From: an uncultured Verrucomicrobiae bacterium
GTDB taxonomy: Bacteria > Verrucomicrobiota > Verrucomicrobiia > Verrucomicrobiales > Akkermansiaceae
Direction: 5' to 3'
DNA: 64,000 nucleotides
Assembly: GCA_963849375.1 (NCBI GenBank)
Contig: CAWKHB010000003.1
Location: 48,831 to 112,830, forward strand
The translations under genes were made by a program, and so were the position numbers. Positions 49,383 to 59,801 of this stretch are shown in pieces (positions within the stretch are counted from its first letter, which is position 1; every line of letters begins with the position of its first letter). The notes below the pieces were generated by a model. That model made no database searches. It was not told where the DNA came from and was given only the letters and a program-made list of their open reading frames with translations.

Positions 49383-50026
49383 TGAGTGAGCAGGATTTAG
49401 GTGATGAGAATGTAGATGTAGGGGCGCAGCACGCTCCTGCGGTAGATCAGCGATCGCGGGTGCCAGGTTGTTTGATTGCGATCTTGATTGCCGTTGTGTT
49501 GGTAATCCTTGGAGGGATAGCTTGGTATTTTTGGTCAAACCGGCCGATTGAGCCGGTCGAGTTATCTGCCCAAGAAAACGAGGTGCTGGAGGCGAAGATT
49601 GAAGGGCTACAAGAGGGTGAGGCGGATAGGGGGTATGAGCGCGGTGAGAAAGAATTGATTATCACCGAGAGGGAGTTGAATGGATTGATGAATCAGAACA
49701 CAGGGATGGGCGAGCAGGTCCGCTTTGAGCTGGTTAAAGGGGCTGTGCATGCGCGGATTGAGACGGATTTGGATGATACTTTGCCACTTGTGGGTGGGAA
49801 GAGGCTCAAGGCGCGGGCCCGTTTTTTTGTAGATACAAAGGAAGGACGGCCGAGTTTAGTGCTCGACGATGTGACAGTCTGGGGTGCGTCTTTGCCAAAT
49901 GACTGGTTAGCAGGTCTGAAAGGAAAGGATATTTTGAATGAGGTCTTTGGCTCGCAGGGAGCAGTGCGTGGAATTGAAGATCTCCGGATTGAGGACGAGC
50001 GGCTTATTATCCGATTGGCCGAGTAA
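49382..50026 (+). CDS. Single-TM hypothetical protein
   Basis: 214 aa with an N-terminal TM; translationally coupled to the DUF1080 gene. Confidence 0.7.
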   Translation: MSEQDLGDENVDVGAQHAPAVDQRSRVPGCLIAILIAVVLVILGGIAWYFWSNRPIEPVELSAQENEVLEAKIEGLQEGEADRGYERGEKELIITERELNGLMNQNTGMGEQVRFELVKGAVHARIETDLDDTLPLVGGKRLKARARFFVDTKEGRPSLVLDDVTVWGASLPNDWLAGLKGKDILNEVFGSQGAVRGIEDLRIEDERLIIRLAE

Positions 50027-50058
50027 TACCACTTGGCACTTCAGAGTGGACGAATAAA

Positions 50059-50415
50059 ATGTTCGATCTCCCATACCCTAAGGATCTTCCAAGCTGTTGC
50101 CCTGAATGCGGCAAGCAGTTCCGGTCGAAAGTGAACCTTGAGATCGGACCAGGCAAAGTTTCACGATTCTTGAAGGCTTTAGCTTACGGGATGATCGTTC
50201 CTTGGATGATTATCGCTATAGTCGTTTTGGTCACTATTGGTTTTCCGAACGGTGGATTTGCAGGTGGCTACGCGATTGTCGGAATCAGATTTATTCCACC
50301 CGCATTAATTGCGCTGATGAGTGTGCTTTTCCCAATTTCGAGGAGGATCAACTGCTCTTGCGGTTGGCAGAAGGACTACTCGATCATAGCCAATAAGACA
50401 AAAGAAGAAGCCTAA
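50059..50415 (+). CDS. Small 2-TM protein with CxxC...CxC (cassette-like gene)
   Basis: CPECG and CSCG flank two TM segments; the stop codon lies inside GCCTAAC. Confidence 0.65.
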   Translation: MFDLPYPKDLPSCCPECGKQFRSKVNLEIGPGKVSRFLKALAYGMIVPWMIIAIVVLVTIGFPNGGFAGGYAIVGIRFIPPALIALMSVLFPISRRINCSCGWQKDYSIIANKTKEEA

Positions 50416-50531
50416 CAAAACGGAGATGGCGACGTTACGAGCCTTGCTGATTTGGTGGGAGTTTTGTCGGAATCTGGGAGCATTTCATTTATTGCTCGCT
50501 TTCCGTCCGCGCCATTCCTATAACGTTACCA
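50410..50531 (+). mobile_element. Integron attC-like site
   Basis: R'' box GCCTAAC, AAC...atggcg / cgccat...cGTT imperfect palindrome, ~120 bp, starting at a gene stop. Confidence 0.6.
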
Positions 50532-50692
50532 ACTTTGTAAATTGCGCTTCGCGTTTTCGTTTAGAGCCGGGTTCTTTTCCAAAACTGCTGCGTTGCTCGT
50601 TGGTTACGATGCTCGCATCGCGCCCGCCTCACGCCTGGCATTTTTGAAAAATAGCTCCGGCATTCGTCCATTCTGAATCACCGAGTTGTATA
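50529..50692. repeat. Palindromic MITE-like element
   Basis: ccaact...agttg termini; internal gccgg-ttttccaaaa-tgc...gca-tttttgaaaa-ccggc inverted repeat. Confidence 0.5.
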
Positions 50693-50698
50693 AGGCCT

Positions 50699-51452
50699 TC
50701 ATTTTTCTGTAACTTCTCCGGCGAAGACTTGCGCGCAGTAGAAGGTAGGGACGCCTTTCGAGTCTGTATCATAGAGCACGTATGTGCCGAGTGTCTCAAC
50801 ATCAAAGAGGACGATGTTACTTTTGTGTCCCGGGGATTCCATCCAATCGTTTAGGACAGCTGAGGCAAACGATTGGTAGGTGTGGGGGGGGTATTGGAGG
50901 CCCCTCGGGAGTTTTGCGAGGGGTGGGGATGCCATTTGTGTTTCCGTGGTAGAACTTCGTCCCAGATTCATATTTGATGCCAAAAACCATGGCTAAATTT
51001 TCCGCCCAGACAGAGGAACGTATGCCGACGAAATCGAAGCGATCCTCGAGCGCGCGTTGGCCGGGATTTGTGTTTTGGTGGCTGACTTTTTGCCGCTCAA
51101 GGTTGTTCTGCACTTGTAGGGCTGCGACATCTTGTAACTTGTCAGAGTAGCGGAGGGGGGAGCGGATACTTTTCTGGACTCGCCTTCGATTTGTTTCGTG
51201 GAAAATGGCCGCATTGAGAAGGGTGAGATCGAGATTTTTAAAATTCAGCTGTTCTTGCAAACGGGGGATCCTAGCAAAATCTTTTGGGTGCATCTCAAAG
51301 TAACGCGAAGTCTTCGTTACTTTCACCGAGGTGGGCTGTGTAGGCTCTACTGCGCAGGAAGTTTGGAAGGTAGCGGCCATGAGGAGGGCGGCTAAGAGTA
51401 TGAAGGGAGGTGGCGATAGGAGATTTTGGCTTAGGAAGATCATGTGGTTCAA
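50699..51452 (-). CDS. CAP/SCP-domain protein, one frameshift near 50890
   Basis: FHETNRRR, SH, AENLA in one frame; WMESPGHKSNI...FYCAQVF in the next. Confidence 0.8.
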
Positions 51453-51561
51453 ACAGGGTTTTGACTTACCTTGCCAAGGGCAGGGATTGGGGAGTTCATG
51501 AGGAACGAGATTTGCGGAATTTTGACATTTGTGAAAGTAGATAGTAAAACGACTTAAGAAT

Positions 51562-54135
51562 ATGGCACTTGATAAATTGACGCAAAAACTACAGGAGGCA
51601 CTTCAGAAGGCGCAGGATATTGCCTCGAAATCTGCGCATGCTGAACTTCGTAGTAATCATGTCTTACTAGCACTTATGCAGCAAGATGGGGGCATTGCTG
51701 TGCCGATTTTGCAGAAAGCCGGTATTGATACGGGAGCATTGAAGGCGACTATTGCGGAAGGCCTTGCAGCAGAAGTAAGTGTATCTGGCGCGACTACGCA
51801 GCCGCAGATTAGTGCTGGATTGCGGGCGACTCTTGGCGAGGCGGACAAAGTGCGCGAGAGGATGAAGGATGATTATTTATCGGTTGAGCATTTCCTTTTG
51901 GGTGCCCTCGAAGGGGCGTCACCAGCTGGTGATTTGCTGAGGAAAGCTGGGTTAGATAAGCTAAAGGCGGAGGCAGCAATCCGGGATGTGCGAGGCTCGC
52001 AAAAAGTTATGGATGCGGATCCGGAAGGGAAGTATCAGACTTTGGAGAAGTATGGGACGGATCTGACAGCTCGTGCGCGGGCAGGGAAGATTGATCCAGT
52101 GATTGGCAGGGACCATGAGATCCGGCGGGTGCTTCAGGTGCTTTCTCGCCGGACGAAGAATAATCCGGTGTTGATTGGTGAGCCGGGGGTGGGGAAGACG
52201 GCGATTGTGGAGGGGCTGGCGCGGAGGATTGTTTCTGGGGATGTGCCGGATGCGATGAAGGAAAAGATGGTGGTTTCTATGGATATTGGGGCGATGCTGG
52301 CGGGTGCGAAATTCCGGGGTGAATTTGAGGAGCGGCTGAAGGCTTTTTTGAAGGAAGTGACTGAGGCTGAGGGAAGAATCATCCTTTTTATCGATGAATT
52401 GCACACGATTGTAGGCGCAGGAGCGGGGGAAGGAGCAGCGGATGCGTCCAATATGTTAAAGCCACAATTGGCACGTGGCGAGCTGCATGCGATCGGCGCT
52501 ACGACGCTGGATGAATACCGGAAATATATTGAGAAGGACGCTGCGTTGGAGCGTAGATTTCAGCCGGTGCGAGTTGGCGAGCCTTCCGTGGAGGATACGA
52601 TTGCTATTTTACGGGGTCTCAAAGAGCGCTACGAGGTTCACCATGGAGTGCGCATACAGGATGGAGCTATCGTGGCCGCTGCTACTTTATCAGATAGGTA
52701 TATTTCAGATCGGTTTTTACCAGACAAGGCGGTTGATCTGATTGATGAAGCTTCTTCGAGATTAAAAATCGAATTAGACTCTATGCCTACTGAGATTGAT
52801 GTTCTGGAGAGGCAGATCATGCAGCTCGAGATGGAGAAGAAGGCGCTTGAAAAAGAATCTGACAAGGCATCGGTAGCTCGTTTGGAGAAGGTGCGGGAAG
52901 AGCAGGCAAATTTGAAGGAGGAATCTTCTGGTTTGATGGCTCAATGGCGGAATGAGAAGGCGGTTTTGGATGAAGTAAGGGATGCGCAGGAGGTGATTGA
53001 TTCGTTGAAAACGGATGTGGAGCGGGCGCAGAGAATCGGTGATCTTACGAGTGCCTCGCAGATTACTTACGGAGATTTGCCGAAGGCGAATGCGCAGCTC
53101 GAAGAGGCGCAGGAGAAGTTGAATTGGCTGCAGAAGAATGGTGCATTGCTGCAGGAGGATGTGACGGAGGAGGATATTTCTCGAGTAGTCGCGGCATGGA
53201 CAGGAATTCCGGTAAGTAGGTTGCAAGAGGGTGAGAAACAGAAGCTCGTGGCGATGGAAGGCCGGTTAGGAGAGAGGGTTGTTGGGCAGAAGAAAGCGAT
53301 TACGGCGGTGGCAAACGCGGTGCGGCGGGCGCGTGCGGGCTTGCAGGATGAGAACCGTCCCATCGGCTCGTTCTTGTTTTTAGGGCCGACGGGAGTGGGG
53401 AAAACTGAGCTTTCGAAAGCTTTGGCGGAATTTTTGTTCGATGACGAGGCGGCGATGGTCCGGATTGATATGTCCGAGTATATGGAAAAGCACAGCGTTT
53501 CTCGTTTGATTGGGGCACCTCCGGGTTATGTAGGATATGACGAGGGTGGGCAGCTTTCAGAGCATGTGCGGCGTAAACCTTACTCGGTGGTTTTGTTTGA
53601 TGAGATCGAGAAAGCGCATACGGACGTGTTTAATGTTCTACTGCAAGTGCTCGACGATGGTAGAATTACGGACGGGCAGGGAAGAACGGTAGATTTCCGC
53701 AATACTGTGCTGATTATGACCTCGAATATCGGATCCGAGCATATTTTGGGGGAGCAAAATGCGGAGCAAAGGGAGGCGGCCGTTTCGGTAGCGTTAAAAG
53801 GGCACTTCCGGCCCGAATTTCTCAACCGAATTGATGAAACAGTGATCTTTGACCGACTAGAGCGCGAGGATCTCACGAAAATTGTGGATCTGCAGCTTGA
53901 TCGTGTGCGGGAAAGGCTTGGTGCGCAGGGGCTGAAGCTTGAGCTGGAGCCAGAAGCGATCGAGTTTATTGGAAATCAGGGCTACGATCCGGTTTATGGT
54001 GCCCGGCCTTTGAAGCGGGCGATTCAGCGTTATCTACTCGATCCGCTGAGTCTTGAAGTTCTGGAAGGGAAATACGTCGAGGGCGATGTGATCCGCGGGC
54101 GTCTAGATGATGGGGTGCTAAACTTTACGAAATGA
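51562..54135 (+). CDS. clpB: ATP-dependent chaperone ClpB
   Basis: Two AAA+ modules ([16 protein letters not shown]) and a coiled-coil middle domain; 857 aa. Confidence 0.97.
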   Translation: MALDKLTQKLQEALQKAQDIASKSAHAELRSNHVLLALMQQDGGIAVPILQKAGIDTGALKATIAEGLAAEVSVSGATTQPQISAGLRATLGEADKVRERMKDDYLSVEHFLLGALEGASPAGDLLRKAGLDKLKAEAAIRDVRGSQKVMDADPEGKYQTLEKYGTDLTARARAGKIDPVIGRDHEIRRVLQVLSRRTKNNPVLIGEPGVGKTAIVEGLARRIVSGDVPDAMKEKMVVSMDIGAMLAGAKFRGEFEERLKAFLKEVTEAEGRIILFIDELHTIVGAGAGEGAADASNMLKPQLARGELHAIGATTLDEYRKYIEKDAALERRFQPVRVGEPSVEDTIAILRGLKERYEVHHGVRIQDGAIVAAATLSDRYISDRFLPDKAVDLIDEASSRLKIELDSMPTEIDVLERQIMQLEMEKKALEKESDKASVARLEKVREEQANLKEESSGLMAQWRNEKAVLDEVRDAQEVIDSLKTDVERAQRIGDLTSASQITYGDLPKANAQLEEAQEKLNWLQKNGALLQEDVTEEDISRVVAAWTGIPVSRLQEGEKQKLVAMEGRLGERVVGQKKAITAVANAVRRARAGLQDENRPIGSFLFLGPTGVGKTELSKALAEFLFDDEAAMVRIDMSEYMEKHSVSRLIGAPPGYVGYDEGGQLSEHVRRKPYSVVLFDEIEKAHTDVFNVLLQVLDDGRITDGQGRTVDFRNTVLIMTSNIGSEHILGEQNAEQREAAVSVALKGHFRPEFLNRIDETVIFDRLEREDLTKIVDLQLDRVRERLGAQGLKLELEPEAIEFIGNQGYDPVYGARPLKRAIQRYLLDPLSLEVLEGKYVEGDVIRGRLDDGVLNFTK

Positions 54136-54171
54136 GCGGACGTGGGTGGAGTTTGGGGGGGAGTTTGGGAT

Positions 54172-54606
54172 TTACTTTTTTTCGCGGATGCGCTCTTTTG
54201 GATCATCCACCCACATGAAGAGCGCTTTTAGGACGTCTTTGAAATCGCTCCGCATCTCGTGACTCTCGCGCTGGATCTGAATTTTCTCTTTATCGACTTC
54301 CTCGCTTGTTGAATCGCCATATTTCTCGGCAGCCAAGCGCTCGGGGCTCTCGACGATTTCTTGCTGAGGCAGGCGTTCTTCGATTGTTTCGAGAAGGTCT
54401 ACGACATCGGCGTGCATGCTTTCGACATGATCACAGAGGCGAGTGACTTCATCGGAGAGCACAATCGTGTCTGCCTTCAATTCTGTCTGCTCTGCGCGGA
54501 CTTTTAAGTCAGCAGCGCGTTTCCGGACAGAGTCGCTAAGGTCGATCCAGACGTGGGATAGGTCTTTATCGATTTGGTTGAAGTTATCCTCTATGTTCTC
54601 GCTCAT
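54172..54606 (-). CDS. Hypothetical acidic coiled-coil protein
   Basis: 144-aa ORF. Confidence 0.6.
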   Translation of the reverse strand: MSENIEDNFNQIDKDLSHVWIDLSDSVRKRAADLKVRAEQTELKADTIVLSDEVTRLCDHVESMHADVVDLLETIEERLPQQEIVESPERLAAEKYGDSTSEEVDKEKIQIQRESHEMRSDFKDVLKALFMWVDDPKERIREKK

Positions 54607-54669
54607 AAGTAGAGAATATGGAAGCTTCTAGGCTGTCCGCAAACTCAGTTTTCCACAAATCGTGGAAGT

Positions 54670-55459
54670 CTATTCTGCGGTGCCGTTTTTGATGATTTCT
54701 AGGAAAGATTGTGAATCAAGAGCAGCGCCGCCGATGAGGGCGCCATCGATATCGGGGCAGGCCATAAGTTCAGCTGCATTGGCAGGCTTTACGGAGCCGC
54801 CGTATTGAATGCGAATGCGGTTGGCAGATTCTTGGCCATATAAATCAGAAATTACTGAACGGACGAAGGCGTGCGCGTCTTGGGCTTGCTCTGAAGAAGC
54901 GGTAACGCCTGTTCCGATGGCCCAGACTGGCTCGTATGCTATGACGAGGTCCGCTAGGTCTTTTGCTGAAATGTCTTTTAAACCATCTGTGATCTGAGTG
55001 CGGAGGACATCCTCGAGTTTTCCACCTTCACGCTGGTCGAGGGTTTCACCGATGCAGAAAAGTGGCTTTAAATTGGCTTCGCGTGCTTTCTTGATCTTCG
55101 CGTTGATCATGGCATCTGTTTCATCAAAAATGGTGCGTCTTTCGCTATGGCCGAGAATTACGTAATGGACGAAGTACCTCGCGCAGCATGATAACGCTAA
55201 TCTCGCCAGTGTAGGCACCGGAGTCATATTCGGAGCAATTCTGTGCGGCGATCTGGATGGCATGTGCGTTTTTGCCAGGATTTGAATCGTGCAGGAGAGC
55301 TGCAAGCTTCGAGAGGGAGGTGAACGGAGGGGCGATAACGATATCGGCAGGGAGGTTGAGGCCTTGGGTTTTGGAAAGGAAAGATTTTACGAAGTCCTCT
55401 GTCTCAGAGGCTCCTTTGTTCATTTTCCAGTTTGCGGCGAAGATAGGCTTACGTGACAT
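54670..55459 (-). CDS. tpiA: Triosephosphate isomerase, one frameshift near 55178
   Basis: AANWKMN and GAYTGEIS in ORF 55459; LGHSERR, AYEPVWAIGTG, YGGSV and DGALIGGA in ORF 55305. Confidence 0.93.
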
Positions 55460-55492
55460 GATAGGGTGAAGTTAGAGAGTATGTAAGGTGGC

Positions 55493-56689
55493 TTAGGCTT
55501 CGCTAAGGGCAGCTACTCCGGGCAGAGTTTTGCCTTCGAGCAGTTCAAGAGAGGCACCGCCGCCGGTAGAGATGAAGGTCATTTGGTCGTCGAGGCCAAA
55601 TTGGTTTACGGCAGTTACGGAATCGCCACCGCCGACGATGGTGGTTGCATCTGACTTCGCCATGGCTTGGGCGATGGCTTTTGTGCCGTGGGCGAAATTT
55701 TCGATTTCGAAGACACCCACCGGTCCGTTCCAGATGATTGTTTTCGCTTTTGCGATTTCATCTTCAAATTGTTTGATGGCTACATCGCCGATGTCGATGC
55801 CTTCCCAGCCAGCTTCTACGCCACCACCTTCACCGTAGATACCGGTGACTTGAGTTGCTGCGCCGTCTTTGAATTCTTGAGTGATCCGGGTATCTGCAGG
55901 TAGAAGGAAATCGATGCCTTTTTCTTTTGCTTTGTCCAAGATGCTGAGCGCGAGGTCTAGTTTATCAGCTTCTACGCGGGAGTCGCCAACTTCGTAGCCT
56001 TGTGCTTTGCGGAAGGTATTGGCCATTGCGCCGCCGATGAGAAATGCATCTGCCTTTTCCATAAGAGCGGTGATGACTTGAATTTTATCGGAGACTTTGG
56101 AACCGCCCATGATTACGAGGAAGGGGCGCTCGGGATTCTGCAATTTTACTTCGAGGTATTCGAGCTCGCTTTCGATGAGGAAGCCCATTGCGGAGGTGGG
56201 GATGAACTTTGTGACTCCTTCGGTGGAGGCATGGGCGCGATGCGCTGTGCCGAAGGCGTCATTTACGAAGATTTCCGCTTTTCCCGCGAGCTTTTTGGCG
56301 AAATCAGCTTCATTTTTTTCTTCGGAAGCGTGATAGCGAGTATTTTCGAGAAGGAGAACTTGCCCGGATTCTAGGGCGTCTCGTAGTTTCTCAGCTTCTG
56401 CACCGATGCAGTCTGGGGCCAGAACGACTTCTTGGCCTAAGGCTTTTGAGAGTGCTTTGGCGACTGGGGCGAGGGTAAATTTCGGGTCTGCGTTTCCATC
56501 AGGACGGCCCATGTGAGAGCAGAGGACGAGTTTTGCACCGCCTTTGAGCAGATGTTTGATTGAGGGTATGGCAGCTTGAATCCGCGTGTCATCGGTGATT
56601 TGTCCTTCCTTAAGGGGCACGTTAAAATCGGCACGCATGAGGACTTCTTTCGATGAGACATCGAGATTGCGGATAGAAAGCTTAGGCAT
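55493..56689 (-). CDS. pgk: Phosphoglycerate kinase
   Basis: RADFNVP, NDAFGTAHRAH, GGGDS, STGGGASLELLEG. Confidence 0.97.
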   Translation of the reverse strand: MPKLSIRNLDVSSKEVLMRADFNVPLKEGQITDDTRIQAAIPSIKHLLKGGAKLVLCSHMGRPDGNADPKFTLAPVAKALSKALGQEVVLAPDCIGAEAEKLRDALESGQVLLLENTRYHASEEKNEADFAKKLAGKAEIFVNDAFGTAHRAHASTEGVTKFIPTSAMGFLIESELEYLEVKLQNPERPFLVIMGGSKVSDKIQVITALMEKADAFLIGGAMANTFRKAQGYEVGDSRVEADKLDLALSILDKAKEKGIDFLLPADTRITQEFKDGAATQVTGIYGEGGGVEAGWEGIDIGDVAIKQFEDEIAKAKTIIWNGPVGVFEIENFAHGTKAIAQAMAKSDATTIVGGGDSVTAVNQFGLDDQMTFISTGGGASLELLEGKTLPGVAALSEA

Positions 56690-56815
56690 AGGCGATGAGA
56701 TGCACTAGGTGCACTTGTGTGTCAAGAGTGGCGGGTAGCGCCTTTGAGAATTGCTGTCTGGGCAGACGAGACGGGGGACTGGCGTCAGTTTTGGAATACT
56801 TTGAGTAGGGATGTT

Positions 56816-57952
56816 TTAGACTTCGACCCAAGTTCCTTCTTTATGGGATTTGAGGGATGCCTCGGCAAGTTGAACGCCTTTGGCACCTTCACGGAGAGTC
56901 CATGGGAAGGGTGTATCGATGGCGACATGCTTTAGGAAAAGCTCCCATTGGATTTTGAAGGCGTTTTCAAAGTCAAGTTGGTCGGGAACTTCCGTCCAGT
57001 TTGCGTAGTAATCGATAGGCGAGTCGATATCCGGATTCCAAATTGGTCTTGGAGTCACGGATTGATGCTGCGCCCAGCATTTTCTGAGGCCGACGATAGC
57101 AGAGCCCTCGGTGCCATCGACTTGCATGGTAAGTAGGTCATCTCGACGGACACGGGTATTCCAAGATGAGTTAAACTGGCAAGTTACGCCAGTATCTGTC
57201 TCAAAAATTGCGTAGGCGGAGTCATCCGCAGTTGCTTTGAAAGGATTACCTTGCTCATCGATGCGCTGGGGAATATGAGTGGCGGCTTTGCAGAAGACGC
57301 GTGTGACTTTTCCGAAAAGATTATCAATGACGTAGCGCCAATGGCAGTGCATATCGATGATCATTCCGCCACCATCCTCGGAGCGGTAATTCCAAGAGGG
57401 GCGCTGGATCGGCTGGCCTTCGTGCTCGCCAGTGAATACCCAGTAACCGAACTCGCCGCGGACGGAAAGGATTTCTCCGAAGAAACCTTGTTCTTTGAGG
57501 AGTTGATATTTGCGAATACCGGGCAGCCAGAGCTTGTCTTGGACGGTTCCATTTTTAACGCCGGCAGTTTCAGCGACTTCGGCAATTCGAAGTGCTTCAG
57601 AGTATTCGACAGCGGTAGGTTTCTCGCAGTAAACATGTTTTCCGGCAGCAATTGCACGCTCGAGAAACGGAATGCGGTGTGGAGTGCCTGAGGCATCAAA
57701 AAAGATTTCGTTATAAGGATCTGCAAGAGCGGCATCGAGATCTGTGGAATGCCTTTCGATGTTGTGCTTCGCGGCTAATTCGGCGATTTTTTGGGGATTG
57801 CGGCCGGTGAGGATAGGATCTGGCATGAGCCGGGTTCCATCGGGGAGGACGACGCCGCCTTGTTCACGGATCGCAAGAATGGAGCGGACTAGATGCTGAT
57901 TTGTGCCCATGCGTCCGGTGACGCCGTTCATAATGATGCCGATTTTTTTCAT
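56816..57952 (-). CDS. Gfo/Idh/MocA-family oxidoreductase
   Basis: NGVTGRMG, GKHVYCEKP, GGGMIIDMHCHW. Confidence 0.9.
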   Translation of the reverse strand: MKKIGIIMNGVTGRMGTNQHLVRSILAIREQGGVVLPDGTRLMPDPILTGRNPQKIAELAAKHNIERHSTDLDAALADPYNEIFFDASGTPHRIPFLERAIAAGKHVYCEKPTAVEYSEALRIAEVAETAGVKNGTVQDKLWLPGIRKYQLLKEQGFFGEILSVRGEFGYWVFTGEHEGQPIQRPSWNYRSEDGGGMIIDMHCHWRYVIDNLFGKVTRVFCKAATHIPQRIDEQGNPFKATADDSAYAIFETDTGVTCQFNSSWNTRVRRDDLLTMQVDGTEGSAIVGLRKCWAQHQSVTPRPIWNPDIDSPIDYYANWTEVPDQLDFENAFKIQWELFLKHVAIDTPFPWTLREGAKGVQLAEASLKSHKEGTWVEV

Positions 57953-57973
57953 GAGGATAGGAAAGTGTATGAG

Positions 57974-58786
57974 TTATAGATTTTTCGTTGAGGCGAGGAT
58001 TTTATTGAGAAAGTGGTGTTGATCCATGGACCAATATGTGCGTGAGAAGATTTCTACTTCAGCAAGGCCAGTAAAGCCGGATTCCTGGATGAATTGGAGG
58101 ATGCGGGGGGTTGCATTGACTCCCTCGCCTGGCAGTCCACGATCGAGGAGAGGGTGATCAAAGTCGGGTTTGAATTCGCAGATATGGAAGGCGAAGAGGT
58201 GGCCTCGTGAGGCACAAAGCTTGATTTCTTCGTTGAGGTTCGTTTCCCACCAGACGTGGAAGGTATCGATGGCGATGCCGACTAGGGGGTGGTTGATGCG
58301 GTTTGCTAGGATATTGGCCTCGCGGAGTGAGGTGACGGCGGATTTATCGGCAGCGTACATGGGGTGCAGTGGCTCGATGGCTAGCTTGATGTTACGCTCT
58401 TCCGCGTAGGGCAAGAGTGTGTTTATGGCTGCTTCGATCTGCTCGAGATTTTGTTCGGGGGTTTGGCCGATTGTAGCGCCGCAAACTAGGACGACCATTG
58501 ACAGCCCGAGGGCGGCTGCTTCGTCAATTGCCTCTTTATTTGTTGAAATGGCAGATTGGCGGTCGGCGGTGTCCTTTGAGGTAAAAAAGCCACCGCGGAC
58601 GAGGGAAATGGGTGTGAGTCCGCTATCTACGAGGTGCTTTCGGACAGATGTAAGATTGGTGCCTTGTAGGGTTTCCCGCCAGATTGAGATGCCCCCGATC
58701 TCAGCGCGCGCGTAGTTTTCGATACATTCCGAGATGCTCCACGGTTTATTTGTGAAGGTGTGGATGGCTAGATCAGAGGGGTGCAC
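57974..58786 (-). CDS. Sugar phosphate isomerase/epimerase (AP-endonuclease-2 TIM barrel)
   Basis: LAIEPLHP, DTFH, H, RGLPGEG, EVEIFS. Confidence 0.85.
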   Translation of the reverse strand: MHPSDLAIHTFTNKPWSISECIENYARAEIGGISIWRETLQGTNLTSVRKHLVDSGLTPISLVRGGFFTSKDTADRQSAISTNKEAIDEAAALGLSMVVLVCGATIGQTPEQNLEQIEAAINTLLPYAEERNIKLAIEPLHPMYAADKSAVTSLREANILANRINHPLVGIAIDTFHVWWETNLNEEIKLCASRGHLFAFHICEFKPDFDHPLLDRGLPGEGVNATPRILQFIQESGFTGLAEVEIFSRTYWSMDQHHFLNKILASTKNL

Positions 58787-58791
58787 AGAGT

Positions 58792-59739
58792 TTATTTATT
58801 GTAGCCGAGCCGTGTGACACAATCTGCTAGCATTTCCGCTTCCCAATCGGGGCGAGTAGCGGACTTCGGATGAGTGAGTGGGGACGGGCAGCGGCCGATC
58901 AGGTTTTGGAAGATAGCGCAGGAATGTTTGTAGGCAGGGACGGGGGCGCGGAAGGAGATGTTTCCGAGATACTGGATGGCATCTGTGAGGGCGGCGTATC
59001 GCGCGTCGTTTTCTTCCCAGTATTTATCGCGGAGGGCGAAGAGCTCAGGGCAGAAGGTGGCGAGGCCTAAAAGGTAGTCAGAGCCGTATTCGGTCATGTC
59101 GATGGCGAGGTCGTTGCCAGTGAAGATTTTGAACTCTGGGCGAATTTCGTCGCGAATTTCTAGGCGGCGAAGCTCGATTCCCCGGTCTAGGGATGAGTGT
59201 TTGATTCCTTTGAGGGCGGGGATTTGGATGAGGCCACGGATGGTTTCCTCATCAAAGATCATACCATTTGGAGCGAACATAGAGCCTAGCTCGAAGCCGA
59301 CGACAGATTCGTAGCCCTCGCAGACTTTCGTGTAGAGCTCTACGATCTCGGAAGGTTTCCAGCTATGGAATCGGGTGGTTTGGAAGAGAATGGGAGTGCC
59401 GCCGTAGGAGACGATTTCGTCCATTTGTGAGCGGTAAAGATCGATAAGATCTCCTTCGAGGCCCTCTACGAAAGCGCCAGCGATGAAGTCACGGCGGCCA
59501 GCGATGGTTTCCTTGGTGAGTTCAAGAATGAGTGTGCGCTCGGCTGGCTCTAGATAATTTGCGTAGCCAGTATCCATGTTTACAGCGCAACCGAGGCCGG
59601 CGTCTGTGGTGCGGGCGACGGCGGCTTGGAAGGAGTCTTTGGCGATGCTGCCGTCTTTATTGAAAGGGAGGAGGCAAGCTGCGTAGCCGGTGGTTTTGCG
59701 TTGCAGTTTCTTAGCGGAGTGGCGTGCTGTGAGAGACAT
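58792..59739 (-). CDS. DHDPS-like class I aldolase/lyase
   Basis: AVNMDTG, GIKHSSL (Schiff-base Lys), FTGND, YLLG. Confidence 0.75.
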   Translation of the reverse strand: MSLTARHSAKKLQRKTTGYAACLLPFNKDGSIAKDSFQAAVARTTDAGLGCAVNMDTGYANYLEPAERTLILELTKETIAGRRDFIAGAFVEGLEGDLIDLYRSQMDEIVSYGGTPILFQTTRFHSWKPSEIVELYTKVCEGYESVVGFELGSMFAPNGMIFDEETIRGLIQIPALKGIKHSSLDRGIELRRLEIRDEIRPEFKIFTGNDLAIDMTEYGSDYLLGLATFCPELFALRDKYWEENDARYAALTDAIQYLGNISFRAPVPAYKHSCAIFQNLIGRCPSPLTHPKSATRPDWEAEMLADCVTRLGYNK

Positions 59740-59801
59740 GTGGAGGCGGTTTTATGGGATGAAGCTAGCGAGTGCCTAGGAAATTATGGCTAAATCGAAA
59801 G

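Noticed and set aside
55145-55305. Programmed frameshift or true pseudogene in tpiA
   Set aside because: There is no slippery site, both halves are fully conserved, and similar indels occur across the window.
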